Shown here piece by piece: positions 1-10,056 of a DNA stretch of 64,000 nt. The stretch is from Candidatus Saccharimonadota bacterium (GTDB lineage Bacteria > Patescibacteriota > Saccharimonadia > Saccharimonadales > UBA10212): assembly GCA_022841445.1 (NCBI GenBank), contig JALHRM010000001.1:259777-323776 (forward strand), written 5' to 3'. Made by a program: the position numbers and the translations under genes. The first letter of the stretch is position 1. Every line of letters starts with the position of its first letter. A model generated the notes under the pieces. The model was not told the DNA's origin, did no database searches, and worked only from the letters and a program-made list of their open reading frames with translations.

Positions 1-271
1 AAGTGCCGGCAGTATCACGCTAAAAATTAATGACAATAAAGTGAGTATTACATCTGTTGCTTCTCAGCTTGGCGAAAACACTGCCGAAGCAAACGCAGAA
101 GTAACGGGCGGCGGCGAGGTAACACTAAATTCAAGGTACCTCGCCGATGCGCTAAATGTTATGAGTGGTGACGAAGTGGAATTTTGCTTTAACGGCAAAC
201 TAGAACCCTGCCTGCTACGCGATACTGCAGATTCTGAGTATAATCACGTCATCATGCCCCTCCGTACGTAG
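1..271 (+). CDS. dnaN: DNA polymerase III beta subunit (sliding clamp), C-terminal fragment; the 5' end lies upstream of the window
   Basis: The frame is open from nt 2 to TAG at 269-271. The tail ...EVTLNSRYLADALNVMSGDEVEFCFNGKLEPCLLRD...HVIMPLRT looks like the DnaN domain III end. It is followed by recF, as in the conserved dnaN-recF arrangement. Confidence 0.85.
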   Translation, partial: SAGSITLKINDNKVSITSVASQLGENTAEANAEVTGGGEVTLNSRYLADALNVMSGDEVEFCFNGKLEPCLLRDTADSEYNHVIMPLRT

Positions 272-433
272 AGACAAAACGTCTCACTTGCCCTACAAAA
301 CCCAACCACTTTCGCCTCAGCTAGTTATTTCATTTGTCACAATATATACGAATATGTCTACACCCGAAAAAGCTGGCTGGAACTAAATTGACTAGCTTTT
401 ATTTAGAGGCATTTGAAAGTGTTTTGTCCCTAG

Positions 434-1504
434 TTGTTTATACTTAAGCAAGTGATTAGTAATATTCGCTTGCAAAACTTTCGCTCGTATATGGATGAAT
501 CATTCGAGTTTAGTGGTGACGTCAATATAATAGTTGGCCCAAATGGCGTTGGTAAGACAAATCTATTAGAAGCAGTTCTTTTTCTAGCTCGTGGACAATC
601 ATATCGCGCAAAACCTGCCGACTTAGTAAGATTTGAACAAGAGTGGGCACGACTAGAAGCTGATTTTGGCAGCGGCCAGCGAATAGTAAAAGTTAAAGCC
701 GACGAGGGTGTAGTGAAGCCCGAATACGAAATAGACGGCAAAAAGTATAAACGGCTAGGGATGGGAAAGTTTGTACCGGCAGTATTATTCGAACCTAATG
801 ATCTGCAGCTTCTCATTCGTAGTCCGGAATCACGACGTGAATATATCGATGGGTTGTTAGCCCGCACTGACCCAGAATTTAGCGGAACTAAAAACACGTA
901 CATCAGAACCCTGCGTCAGCGAAATGCTCTATTGAAACGCCCTCAGAACTCGCAGGATGAACTGTTCGTTTGGAATGTGCAGCTCAGTGAGTCGGGTGCT
1001 AGGCTGGCGCAAAAACGACTCCTACTAATCAACGAAATCAATAGTGTCATCGCCAAACATTACCAAAACATTGCCCAGAAACCGACAAAGCTGTCCCTGC
1101 ACTACCTAACAGCACTCAATCCAGAAAACTACGGGAGTAGTTTCTTGAAAAAGCTTGAAGCGAGCGAACAACTCGACTATTTACGTGGCTTCACAGGTTC
1201 TGGCCCCCACCGTGACGACGTAGGGTTTGAAATTAACAGCCAGTCAGCAGCTTTGTCAGCCTCCCGAGGAGAAACGCGCACCATACTACTCGCACTTAAG
1301 ATTTTTGAGATGGAACTCCTTGAAAAAGTTTTTCAAAGCACGCCCATATTGCTGTTAGATGATGTTTTTAGCGAGCTTGACGGCAAGCGTCGGCGATACC
1401 TGGTAGAAAGCTTGAAACAACACCAGGTTTTTATCACCACCACGGACGCGGATGCCGTCATCGAACATTTCACTACCGGCCACAACCTCATCGCCCTATC
1501 GTAA
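434..1504 (+). CDS. recF: DNA replication/repair protein RecF
   Basis: N-terminus IRLQNFRSY plus Walker A GPNGVGKTNLLEA. C-terminal SMC-type signature SRGETRTILLALK and Walker B ILLLDDVFSELD. The start is uncertain: TTG at 434, or GTG at 452 giving MISNIRLQNFRSY. Confidence 0.9.
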   Translation: MFILKQVISNIRLQNFRSYMDESFEFSGDVNIIVGPNGVGKTNLLEAVLFLARGQSYRAKPADLVRFEQEWARLEADFGSGQRIVKVKADEGVVKPEYEIDGKKYKRLGMGKFVPAVLFEPNDLQLLIRSPESRREYIDGLLARTDPEFSGTKNTYIRTLRQRNALLKRPQNSQDELFVWNVQLSESGARLAQKRLLLINEINSVIAKHYQNIAQKPTKLSLHYLTALNPENYGSSFLKKLEASEQLDYLRGFTGSGPHRDDVGFEINSQSAALSASRGETRTILLALKIFEMELLEKVFQSTPILLLDDVFSELDGKRRRYLVESLKQHQVFITTTDADAVIEHFTTGHNLIALS

Positions 1505-1506
1505 AA

Positions 1507-2001
1507 CTATTGAGCTGGGTCTTGTTCGGCGGCCTCTTCTTGAACTGCATCAGTATAAACAAGAATTGTTTTTTTATAGTCTGTGCCCACGATGCTAAAC
1601 CCAAGTTTATCAAAATCAACGGTTCGGTCTACTTCAACAGTAAAGTTCTTCTTTGGGTTCTTCGTCTCTACTTTGAAATTAATTAAGCCACTTTTAGGAA
1701 CAGTGGGATTACCAAGCATTGTGGCTGCTTGGACGTCTTCTCCAATTCTTGAAACGATGTAATCGCTTACTGCCTGCTGCACTGCAAAGTACTGCTCGTC
1801 AAAAAGCAGATCCTGTAAGCGACCTTCATCGTTTAGGTATATTCGGTGAGAGTCACCATCTTCCACTGATTGGTTACGTAAAGTGCCGGTATTACCAATA
1901 ATAGCGATAAGGATGAATAATCCAACGCCTAACATTAACAGAAGTAGAATTAATTTTTGCTTTGGAGTTAAGTTTGAAAAGCGATTCTTTATATTTTGCA
2001 T
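1507..2001 (-). CDS. Bitopic membrane protein, last gene of the T4SS-like operon (positional analogue of VirB8/PrgL-type components; no motif recognised)
   Basis: 164-aa ORF with one N-terminal TM helix (LILLLLMLGVGLFILIAIIG) followed by a ~120-aa soluble domain. It starts 14 nt downstream of the 698-aa hydrolase gene on the same strand. Confidence 0.6.
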   Translation of the reverse strand: MQNIKNRFSNLTPKQKLILLLLMLGVGLFILIAIIGNTGTLRNQSVEDGDSHRIYLNDEGRLQDLLFDEQYFAVQQAVSDYIVSRIGEDVQAATMLGNPTVPKSGLINFKVETKNPKKNFTVEVDRTVDFDKLGFSIVGTDYKKTILVYTDAVQEEAAEQDPAQ

Positions 2002-2014
2002 AATTTAAGCGCCT

Positions 2015-4111
2015 TTAGTTACATTGCCTACATTCTACGTCAGTGAGCAGACCGACAGCCTGGTAGGCTTGTATTGGGTTTATTGCTTTTTCGACGCTGT
2101 ATTCTCTATCATCCGAGCCTGGACCATATAGTTCGAGGTGAATGTGTGTTGGCCCTGCCCAGTCTTTGACACCTCCAATTACATCTCCGGCATTCACGGT
2201 TTGCCCTTCACTGATGGTATCTGAAGGTGATATATGACGAAGTGTCCATAAGCGACCTTCGGTATCACGAACGCTTATCGTACCTCCGAACACCTGCCCG
2301 GTCGCCTTTTGACCAGGGTTTGGGTCGGGGCTTAGCCTTGCGATTTTACCGCTTGCAGGCGCCTTTACGGGACTGTTCGCTGGCGCGAACCAGTCAATTG
2401 CCATATGGAACTTCTGCCCCGAGCTGTTTGGTTGTCCCTCTGCATCGGCGTAGCCGTAACTTCCTCCAGGAGGTTTTGTGTGCAAGATAGGCACAAGACC
2501 ACCTATTGCACTAGCAGACCCACAGCCACTATCGTCGCCCGTTGCACTCGCTGGAGTGTCTGCGCTTGCACCTCCACCCCCGCTGACGCCTGCGTCACCT
2601 AGCAGTTTACGGACACCGTCTTCGATAGTTCTTATATATCTCGGTGTGTCATTCTCAACTGAGGGGGCGTAACGGTTCATGATTTGGCTTATGGTTGTGA
2701 AGTTCGATGGTGGTCCGAGGTACAGCCTTCCCGAAAGAAGCTTGTAATGCTCTTCCATGGCTACGATGATACTGGGATACGGCCCAAATCGTGTTGAAGC
2801 GTTTGAATTATGAGTAACCGCCCAAAAGTTGTATTGTCCCGGCCCTCCCGGCCCGACCAGATCGGTGCGTACGGTGCCAAACTGATACTCTACCTGTGCA
2901 ATAACAACGGGGATGGTTGGGTTAATGTCGTACTGTTGACCAAAACGCACAAAATCATCAGCAAAAGGTATGAGTGGCGAAGAAGGCCATCCTTTTTGTA
3001 TGTATTCTTTTATGGCGGCAGAAAGCGCTGCGGTATCATCAAGCGCAGGGAATCGTACTCCGGTTAATGGCCCTCCGTCGGATGGTCCCCCCAGGCTGGC
3101 ATCACAACAAGCGGGTCCGTCTGGGTCATACAAGGGCGCTTCTAATTCCAAAAGAATGTCGTTTATATTGCTATTTGCGGCAGCCCCCTGCGCTGATTCT
3201 GCGGAAGCTTCGGGTGCGCAGGTGCTATTTGCTGGATCATCACTAGCAACTCCTTGTGCAATAAATTCATAAACCTGTTTAGATAGTCCGGCAATGCGCT
3301 GTTTTGTGGTGGCGAGGTCGGGGTTTTTATTGGTTAAAACCACCAATACGTAGGTTTTATCCCCTGCTTTTACAATTGCTGCATCATGAGACTTACCATT
3401 GCTTACCGAATGAATTTCACCGGTTTTGTTACCAAATTCGGTACCCGGCGGCAGCCCGGCAGGTATTTTTTCTTTATGGTACTGCTGCTTTAAAAGTGCA
3501 TACATCTCTTGTGATGCTCCCTTGCTTAACCACGTTTCTTTGGCGATGTCGCTCATTAGTTTGGCGACATCGTTAGCATTGGTTCTAAGTGGTGAAAAAA
3601 ACGTGCCGGTATAGCCGGGTACTTTTGAATACTTCTTGCGCGCCTCATCTAAAAAGGTCTTGCCACAAATATTGTCGGAGTAAATGACCATTTTATTTAA
3701 ACATTCAGCTACCGTTGCCGACTGGCCGGTGGGAATGCTAGGCCAGATAGCATTTACACAAGCCTGGTTGCCATTGCAGTCACTTACGTTTTCTTCATGC
3801 TGTTCGGCAACATCTTTTAATACAAAACTTTGATTGAAGCGCAAGTTACCGGCCTCCCGTTCTTTGAACAGGTATTCAGCAACAAACAGTTTATACAGAC
3901 TAGCGCTCGTAAAAGACGTACCACCGTTTAGGCGGGCTTCTGAATTGTCGGTTAGGTTGCTAACCACTACTGCGGATCCTGGGTTGTTCCTGCCAAATTG
4001 AGTCACGATTTCGTTTAATGACCCAGGTGCGGCTTCGATTACGACAGTCCCTAAAAGCGTTAACATAGCAGCCGAAAATACAACTACCAAATATTTTTTT
4101 ATACGTTTCAT
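2015..4111 (-). CDS. Secreted three-module cell-wall hydrolase: class-A beta-lactamase/DD-peptidase-like domain, glucosaminidase-like domain, M23 (LytM) metallopeptidase domain
   Basis: Signal peptide MKRIKKYLVVVFSAAMLTLLGTVVIEAAPG. Serine-hydrolase triad of motifs S71-LY-K74, S145-D-N147, K229-T-G231. The central segment YDINPTIPVVIAQVEYQFGT...YNFWAVT resembles the glucosaminidase/FlgJ family. The C-terminus has M23 motifs H569-MAI-D573 and H656-I-H658. Its start overlaps the stop of the upstream gene (ATGA). Confidence 0.8.
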   Translation of the reverse strand: MKRIKKYLVVVFSAAMLTLLGTVVIEAAPGSLNEIVTQFGRNNPGSAVVVSNLTDNSEARLNGGTSFTSASLYKLFVAEYLFKEREAGNLRFNQSFVLKDVAEQHEENVSDCNGNQACVNAIWPSIPTGQSATVAECLNKMVIYSDNICGKTFLDEARKKYSKVPGYTGTFFSPLRTNANDVAKLMSDIAKETWLSKGASQEMYALLKQQYHKEKIPAGLPPGTEFGNKTGEIHSVSNGKSHDAAIVKAGDKTYVLVVLTNKNPDLATTKQRIAGLSKQVYEFIAQGVASDDPANSTCAPEASAESAQGAAANSNINDILLELEAPLYDPDGPACCDASLGGPSDGGPLTGVRFPALDDTAALSAAIKEYIQKGWPSSPLIPFADDFVRFGQQYDINPTIPVVIAQVEYQFGTVRTDLVGPGGPGQYNFWAVTHNSNASTRFGPYPSIIVAMEEHYKLLSGRLYLGPPSNFTTISQIMNRYAPSVENDTPRYIRTIEDGVRKLLGDAGVSGGGGASADTPASATGDDSGCGSASAIGGLVPILHTKPPGGSYGYADAEGQPNSSGQKFHMAIDWFAPANSPVKAPASGKIARLSPDPNPGQKATGQVFGGTISVRDTEGRLWTLRHISPSDTISEGQTVNAGDVIGGVKDWAGPTHIHLELYGPGSDDREYSVEKAINPIQAYQAVGLLTDVECRQCN

Positions 4112-7100
4112 TGTGGGCAGTCCGCCACTGTCGTTAGCCTGTATTGGTCGGCTATCCGAACATGGAAGTGATGATGGTGATTATCTTCGTATTGCATTAC
4201 GCCGGGCAACCCTTTGCTTCTAACATATGTATTAAAATCACTTTGAACAGCAGGGTCATTATAGAATATATACTTTATAATTCCAGTGTCTGCAAACATT
4301 CTGCCCAGGTCTTTACTGGCTTGCACGCTACCGGCAGTATTGGCCGCTATTTGTCCTTGGGTGGTGATGTCTACATCCACACCGTTTTCGTGACTGGCAT
4401 GCCCAGCCGCCGCGTTAAGGTCGCCAACTATAAGTTTATTACTCGGGTATTTTTGATTCCAGGCCTTAGACACTGTATAAATTGCATTTACCAGTTCTTT
4501 GCTACCACAGCGCTCAGTAGGCGGTGTGTTGGGGCTAAAGACGTATTCTCCCCCTGGGGCTTCGGGCATTCTGTAATAATTTGTGCCGGCAACCTGCGTA
4601 GCACCCGGCAAGGATGATAAGCCAACAGAGCCCTTAAAGTAAGGGGTTAGCTCATCATTTACGACTTTTAATGCAACGGCAGGACTGGCTGCTATGTTAT
4701 TTGTTGAATCATACCCATCGCAGAAAGGCGCAAATGTTCCACTAAGGCACTCTGGTGTGACATTACGGTCAACAAGAGTAAACCCTGTAGCTGGATCTCT
4801 CATCAGCAGTGATTTGCGCAGTGGCCCTGTTGCATTAATAATGGTGTTGTATTCACTTGAACCCTGGTTGTGGCCAACCAGAACGGCAACATCGGCTAGG
4901 ATTTCTTGGATGGTCTTATCTGGGTTGCGTTGTCTCGCTACAGCTTCAACTTGAGCGAGGTTAAAATTGGCGAACTGCACGCCGGCCATCCCAATTTGCC
5001 AGAGACCGGCGCTACAAAGCTCAAGAATATTACTCTTTTGCCCTTGACTGCCACAGTTTGAATTACGGTGTGGGTTGCCACCGGGAATGATATTTCCGTT
5101 AAGTATTCCTTCCTTTAGCGACCACCAGGTGACGCGCGCTGCCATTGCTGCTTGTTCATTTGCGCTGCCAGGAAGCCGCGCCATCACATCGTCTTTTATG
5201 TACTTCACCCACCTTACCTCATTAGGATTTAGCGTATAGCCGTTTAGTGAAGTCAGGCTTACATCTCCCGTAGACTCTTCGGCTGTGTCGGCGGCTGGCT
5301 GGCTATTATCGCTGTAACCATCGTCGTCGGTGTACCCAAACCGCGTACCTATGCCACCGCGGACGGCATTGTCTCTTAACCAGCAGTTATGGATTGTTTT
5401 TGCAGTGGTGTCTTCTTGGTCGGGGTCACCAACGGCGGCACCCACTTTCTCGTATACGTAGTCATACCAGTCATTGCTGTTTGTCATAAGTTCCCACGTA
5501 AGTTCAGTGTCTGGTACTCGTGCAACTCCCAGAACCGCTTGGATATTGCTCCCTTGTTTTGGCTGGCTCGTTATGGGTTTAAGCTGGTCACATTCTGGCG
5601 GCCAGTCATAGCTGTCAATGGCGGCTACTTTTGCCCCAGCGTAGGAGTCATTAGTGACCGGCTGGGCGCCGACTCGATTAAATAACATACCTGGTAGTAC
5701 ATTTTTGATGTTAGACAGACTAGAACCTACTACGCTAAAAACGTCCGGCGTGTCGTTTATTCCGTCTGCTGTGCTAAACAAAGTTCTTGAAGCGAGTGAG
5801 TCGTACTGATTAAGTGAAAAGTACCTTTCATTAAAACTCAGGCTGCGGTCGGCCTCGGCGCCAGCAAGGAGCTGTTGAGCATGGTTGGCGCTGGTTGCGG
5901 TTGTGACGGCTGCTCCGAGCATGCGGCTAGTGGATTCGGCGGTATAGGCGGCACCCTGCACGATGTAGTTCATGAACACCCCCCCGGGTTCTAGGCCACT
6001 CAAGATTGGACCCGCACCCAAAAATGCTGCAATCTTGTTGGCGATAATTGACATAAGTCGAGCAAGGTCATCATCAAGACCTAGAACTGCAATAAATTTT
6101 TCAACCACAAAATTTACGGCTCCACCAAAGACTTCAGCTATCTTTAAAATTCCATCGAATATTTTCCCAAAAAACGAATCCCTTGCTGCCCGTACAGCTT
6201 CCGCAATCGGGCCTGTAATTTTGCCGATGGTACTCAGGTAGGCATCTTCCAGTTGTTCGGCGCGATTTGCTGATCCAATAACCGCATCCGGACAGAGGTA
6301 GTGGTACTGCTTATCGTTTTCAATGATTTCTTTTTCGTTTTCAGGGTTAGAAAGTTTAGCTTGATGGTCTGGTTCGCAGTAAGCCGTCCTTCCGAGATTA
6401 CTTGGTCCAGCCGCATATACCTTGCCGGGTTCTGATGCTTCAGCGGATCGAACCGGAGAACTACCAGCCACCGCCACCGCCCAGGCTTCACTATTTGATG
6501 CATTCCCGAGTACTTGCATAAAAGCATCAAATTCTTCTGGAGTGACGTCGCCCTTTATAATTTGGTCTCTGGATGTTTTCATCACCTGATACAAGCCGAC
6601 GGCTTGCGTTGCTTTAGCGACTTGGACGGTTTTGGCGATTGCTCCGCTTCGTATGTTGCTGTCGATTTTTTCGATAAGGTCGACGGTCGCTGCAATGTTT
6701 ACGACACTGAATGCGACGCCGGTGCGTTTAAGTATTTCGCTCAGGAACTCGGCGGTTTTATACGTCTCCGTACCAGTTGTGGTGGTTTGGGTACCGTCTG
6801 GGTTATCGGTTGTCCGAGACGTAGTAATGCTCTGGTCGTTTGTTCCGTTATCACCCACCACTGTTGTGGTGTCTGCTCTATGCTGTGGATCACTCGGGTC
6901 GTCACTCTTTTTACAATCAGACAATCCAAACAGGCAACGGACTAGCTTGCCGTTCTTTGTGCTTTCTGGCAGGGCTTTGTCGAGTATTTTGTTGCGGATA
7001 TTGGTGCGTCTTTCTTCTAGATTGCTACGTGTTTTTTCAAAAAACCGCCAGTCCCTGACACCGGTCATATTTTGAATCGACTTTCTAAGCATGCGCCGCT

Positions 7101-8121
7101 CAAACACTTTATAGAACCGGGTTTCGTCGTGCACAATTTGTTTTATTTGTTTTCTGGCGGCTTTATCATCATTAAAAACCGAAGCATTAACAAACTCGCG
7201 GAGTCTACCATTCATTTGATTGACATCAATATCTGCTACACCTTGGCGTTGAGCTGGAGTTAATCCCAGTTGGTCTGGCCCAAGCACTGCACGGGCTGTT
7301 TTGAACCTTGTATCAAATGTAACTACGGCTGGCCTGAATATAATCTGATTGCCTTCCCTCCTAGCCACGCTAGCAAATTTTATTCCATGCTTTTCAAAAA
7401 CCTGCCGCTCAAACGCCGAAGTCTTTGTGTTTGAACCACGTAGTACCCTGTACCACTTGTAAACGGGGTTGCCTGTATCAACGTTATTTGCACGGAGTAT
7501 TAGGTTGTCAGGGTCGTTGGGTCTGTCTAGGTTTGGGCTGTCGCCTATATCGGCAAGGCGCATTATCATATACGTTCGTATGTATTCATTCGATCTGCCG
7601 TCTAGGTTCCCATTCAGCCTCGCAAACGTACGGGCATCGATATTTTGCAGTAGCGTATCTAATTTGAAAACGTTCAAAAAACCTAAAATTGCAGCTAAAA
7701 CAATAATCAGCGATATTCCGCCGGCACCCAAACTTACAAGCAAACCACGCCGCTTAAGGAAGCTGCGTTTTTCGCCTTTTTTTTCGTCCGAGGCGGTGTA
7801 GTTTATCTGTTCTTCGGGCGGTGTATTTTCCGCATCGCCGTCTTCGTTTTCTTTTTGGTCTAGTTCGTCTGGGTCAAGGTGCTTTTTATCTTTCAGCCCA
7901 GCACCTTCGTTCTCGGTCTCGGCCTGTCTTTTGGCTACTGCTGGGTGGGCAGCATCATCGTATACTTGCTGGCCTGATGGCTTTACTGCACCTGGCTGGC
8001 TTTGTTTTGAACGAAGATGGTCAATTCCCTCTTGACTTGCGGTCGGGATTTGCTCCAACGGATCCTCGGACTTTCTCAGTCTTCCTTGTTTTGATCGAGG
8101 GTCTTGCGTTGACTGAGCCAT
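4108..8121 (-). CDS. Giant (1337 aa) membrane-anchored T4SS-associated protein with a C-terminal LAS/M15-type (VanY-like) peptidase domain; PrgK/TraG-type wall-remodelling analogue
   Basis: Acidic N-terminal ~130 aa, then a single TM (LLVSLGAGGISLIIVLAAILGFLNVF) and a >1100-aa extracytoplasmic region. The C-terminus carries GHASHENGVDVDI ... HHHHFHVRI (H-x-D and H-x-H zinc ligands of M15/LAS peptidases). A weak SLT-like stretch WWSLKEG...SAGLWQIG is tentative only. Confidence 0.75.
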   Translation of the reverse strand: MAQSTQDPRSKQGRLRKSEDPLEQIPTASQEGIDHLRSKQSQPGAVKPSGQQVYDDAAHPAVAKRQAETENEGAGLKDKKHLDPDELDQKENEDGDAENTPPEEQINYTASDEKKGEKRSFLKRRGLLVSLGAGGISLIIVLAAILGFLNVFKLDTLLQNIDARTFARLNGNLDGRSNEYIRTYMIMRLADIGDSPNLDRPNDPDNLILRANNVDTGNPVYKWYRVLRGSNTKTSAFERQVFEKHGIKFASVARREGNQIIFRPAVVTFDTRFKTARAVLGPDQLGLTPAQRQGVADIDVNQMNGRLREFVNASVFNDDKAARKQIKQIVHDETRFYKVFERRMLRKSIQNMTGVRDWRFFEKTRSNLEERRTNIRNKILDKALPESTKNGKLVRCLFGLSDCKKSDDPSDPQHRADTTTVVGDNGTNDQSITTSRTTDNPDGTQTTTTGTETYKTAEFLSEILKRTGVAFSVVNIAATVDLIEKIDSNIRSGAIAKTVQVAKATQAVGLYQVMKTSRDQIIKGDVTPEEFDAFMQVLGNASNSEAWAVAVAGSSPVRSAEASEPGKVYAAGPSNLGRTAYCEPDHQAKLSNPENEKEIIENDKQYHYLCPDAVIGSANRAEQLEDAYLSTIGKITGPIAEAVRAARDSFFGKIFDGILKIAEVFGGAVNFVVEKFIAVLGLDDDLARLMSIIANKIAAFLGAGPILSGLEPGGVFMNYIVQGAAYTAESTSRMLGAAVTTATSANHAQQLLAGAEADRSLSFNERYFSLNQYDSLASRTLFSTADGINDTPDVFSVVGSSLSNIKNVLPGMLFNRVGAQPVTNDSYAGAKVAAIDSYDWPPECDQLKPITSQPKQGSNIQAVLGVARVPDTELTWELMTNSNDWYDYVYEKVGAAVGDPDQEDTTAKTIHNCWLRDNAVRGGIGTRFGYTDDDGYSDNSQPAADTAEESTGDVSLTSLNGYTLNPNEVRWVKYIKDDVMARLPGSANEQAAMAARVTWWSLKEGILNGNIIPGGNPHRNSNCGSQGQKSNILELCSAGLWQIGMAGVQFANFNLAQVEAVARQRNPDKTIQEILADVAVLVGHNQGSSEYNTIINATGPLRKSLLMRDPATGFTLVDRNVTPECLSGTFAPFCDGYDSTNNIAASPAVALKVVNDELTPYFKGSVGLSSLPGATQVAGTNYYRMPEAPGGEYVFSPNTPPTERCGSKELVNAIYTVSKAWNQKYPSNKLIVGDLNAAAGHASHENGVDVDITTQGQIAANTAGSVQASKDLGRMFADTGIIKYIFYNDPAVQSDFNTYVRSKGLPGVMQYEDNHHHHFHVRIADQYRLTTVADCPQ

Positions 8122-8133
8122 CGTTTATTCTTT

Positions 8134-10035
8134 CTATACTCCTGGTGCTAGCGGATTTTGTAGATCTATGGAACCTTGTCCGGCATTAATCTCACCTTGT
8201 TTGATGGCTTGCACCTCGCCAGGGTTAGTGGTTATCAGGCTGGCTTCGGTTGGGCTTGGCACAATCTGAATATGCACATGGTTCTGACCGGCAAAGAATA
8301 ATCCCTGCCCGACAGGGAATTGGCTGAGGCGTTTGCGCTCTTCGCTGGTGAGTTTGAACACATCGGCCAGTACATCCACTGCACTGCTGGATTGCTTCAG
8401 TAGTAGCTGCATAGAGGCGTTGGCGACAATGGCGCGCCCCATGCGTGAGCCGATAAAGTCTTCTACGTCCTGGGTGATAGTGGTAATCCCAAGGTTGTAC
8501 TTGCGAGCGCGCTTGGCAAGTGAAAACAAAAAGTTCGCGCTGTCTTCATATTTCATAAGCTGCCAAGCCTCATCAACGATCAGAATTCGCCGCTTTTGGT
8601 CGCTCTTTGTTTTGTTCCAGATGTAATTGAGCACTATGTACATGGCTACCGGGCGCAACTCGTCTTCAAGGTCACGAATATTAAAAACGACTAACGGATT
8701 ATTAACGCTCACATTGCTCGGCTGGCTGAATATCCCCGCAAACGTACCTGTGGTGTACTTGCGGAGCCGCTGTGATAGCTGCGGGCCAGTTCCTCCCATA
8801 TGGAGCAGTGTGTTGTACAGGTCGGCAATAGTCGGCGGCGGTGAGCCGTGAGTCAGCGGATCATTAGTGATGCCGGCTTTGGCATATGTTTCAATCAGTG
8901 CGGCGTCGAGGTCGGCCTCTTCAACTGGAGTCATAGCCGGAACTGTTGCCATACCCCCGCCCTGCATCTGAGCTTGCGCACCACCCATCATCAATCGTAG
9001 TAAACCGTGCAGGGTTATGAGGTTTGAGCGTAGGGCGTTATCGGCTTCTTCAGAATCCACAACTTGCGGGAGGTCAAATGGGTTGATCCGTGTCGCGCTG
9101 TTGAGGCTGAGCCGAACGTACGCCCCGCCAACGGCGTCACACATGCGCTGATATTCGTTTTCAGGGTCGATAATAAATATCTCAGTACCCATCATTAGGC
9201 TGCGCAGGGCTTCTAGTTTTACGGTAAAGCTCTTGCCCGCACCAGACTTGGCAAAGACAACACTATTGCCGTTTTCTAAGGAAAAGCGATCAAAAATAAC
9301 CAATCCGGAGTTGTGCATGTTGATGCCGTAAAGGATTCCCTTGTCGTCCGACAAATCGGCACTAGTAAACGGAAACGTGGTGCTTAGTGCTCCGGTGTTC
9401 ATGTTGCGGTAAATCTTTAGTTGGTCGGCAAATTGTGGAATCGTACTGTTCAGCCCCTGTTCCTGCTGTGCTGTTGCCGGCTTAGAGTAAACCAGCTGCT
9501 GCCCAAGCAGGGACTCAACCTTATTGCTGACAAACTCCAATTCTTCTTCGGAGTTGCCATACAGCGTAAAGTAAAAACCAAATCGGAAGAATCGTTCTTC
9601 GCCAACCTGCAACTTATCCCGCATTTCCTCGGCGTCGAGGATCTGAGCTTGCTTGCCCGGATCTCGCACTCTCCCCTTTTCGGCATCAATCTGAATGCCG
9701 GCTTCCAGTTGGGTCACTTTCTTTCGGAGGTTATCCAGAACAATTTCGGACCTCACAGGGTAAACCATTAGTGATATGTCCACAATCTCATCCAAATTAA
9801 TCATGCTGCCCAGCCATCCAGTAAATATTTGGCGTGGGTAGCCGTAAACGTAGTATGTTCTGGCAAAGCGGGTTCCTAGCTGGAATAAGTTGCCTTTGAA
9901 CTCGAGAGAACTTGGAGCAATAAAGTCACGCAGCGCCGTGATGCCTTTTTGGAAGGCGGCCTGCACTTCTTGTTGTTCACGGACTTGCTGTTGCTGGGCG
10001 AGCAACACCGGGTCAATCTTTTTTTGCTTAGCCAC
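8134..10035 (-). CDS. virB4: VirB4/TrbE/PrgJ-family type IV secretion ATPase
   Basis: 633 aa. Walker A VVFAKSGAGKSFTVK and Walker B RRILIVDEAWQLM. The N-terminal domain pattern FQLGTRFARTYYVYGYPRQIFTGWL is typical of Gram-positive VirB4 homologues. C-terminal motif GITTITQDVEDF. Confidence 0.85.
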   Translation of the reverse strand: MAKQKKIDPVLLAQQQQVREQQEVQAAFQKGITALRDFIAPSSLEFKGNLFQLGTRFARTYYVYGYPRQIFTGWLGSMINLDEIVDISLMVYPVRSEIVLDNLRKKVTQLEAGIQIDAEKGRVRDPGKQAQILDAEEMRDKLQVGEERFFRFGFYFTLYGNSEEELEFVSNKVESLLGQQLVYSKPATAQQEQGLNSTIPQFADQLKIYRNMNTGALSTTFPFTSADLSDDKGILYGINMHNSGLVIFDRFSLENGNSVVFAKSGAGKSFTVKLEALRSLMMGTEIFIIDPENEYQRMCDAVGGAYVRLSLNSATRINPFDLPQVVDSEEADNALRSNLITLHGLLRLMMGGAQAQMQGGGMATVPAMTPVEEADLDAALIETYAKAGITNDPLTHGSPPPTIADLYNTLLHMGGTGPQLSQRLRKYTTGTFAGIFSQPSNVSVNNPLVVFNIRDLEDELRPVAMYIVLNYIWNKTKSDQKRRILIVDEAWQLMKYEDSANFLFSLAKRARKYNLGITTITQDVEDFIGSRMGRAIVANASMQLLLKQSSSAVDVLADVFKLTSEERKRLSQFPVGQGLFFAGQNHVHIQIVPSPTEASLITTNPGEVQAIKQGEINAGQGSIDLQNPLAPGV

Positions 10036-10056
10036 AATTTACTCCAAAGTTTGTGT

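Noticed and set aside
430-903. 157-aa minus-strand ORF overlapping the 5' half of recF
   Set aside because: It is antisense to a gene with unambiguous RecF motifs. The translation is Ser/Arg/Pro-rich with no motif, so it is a shadow ORF.
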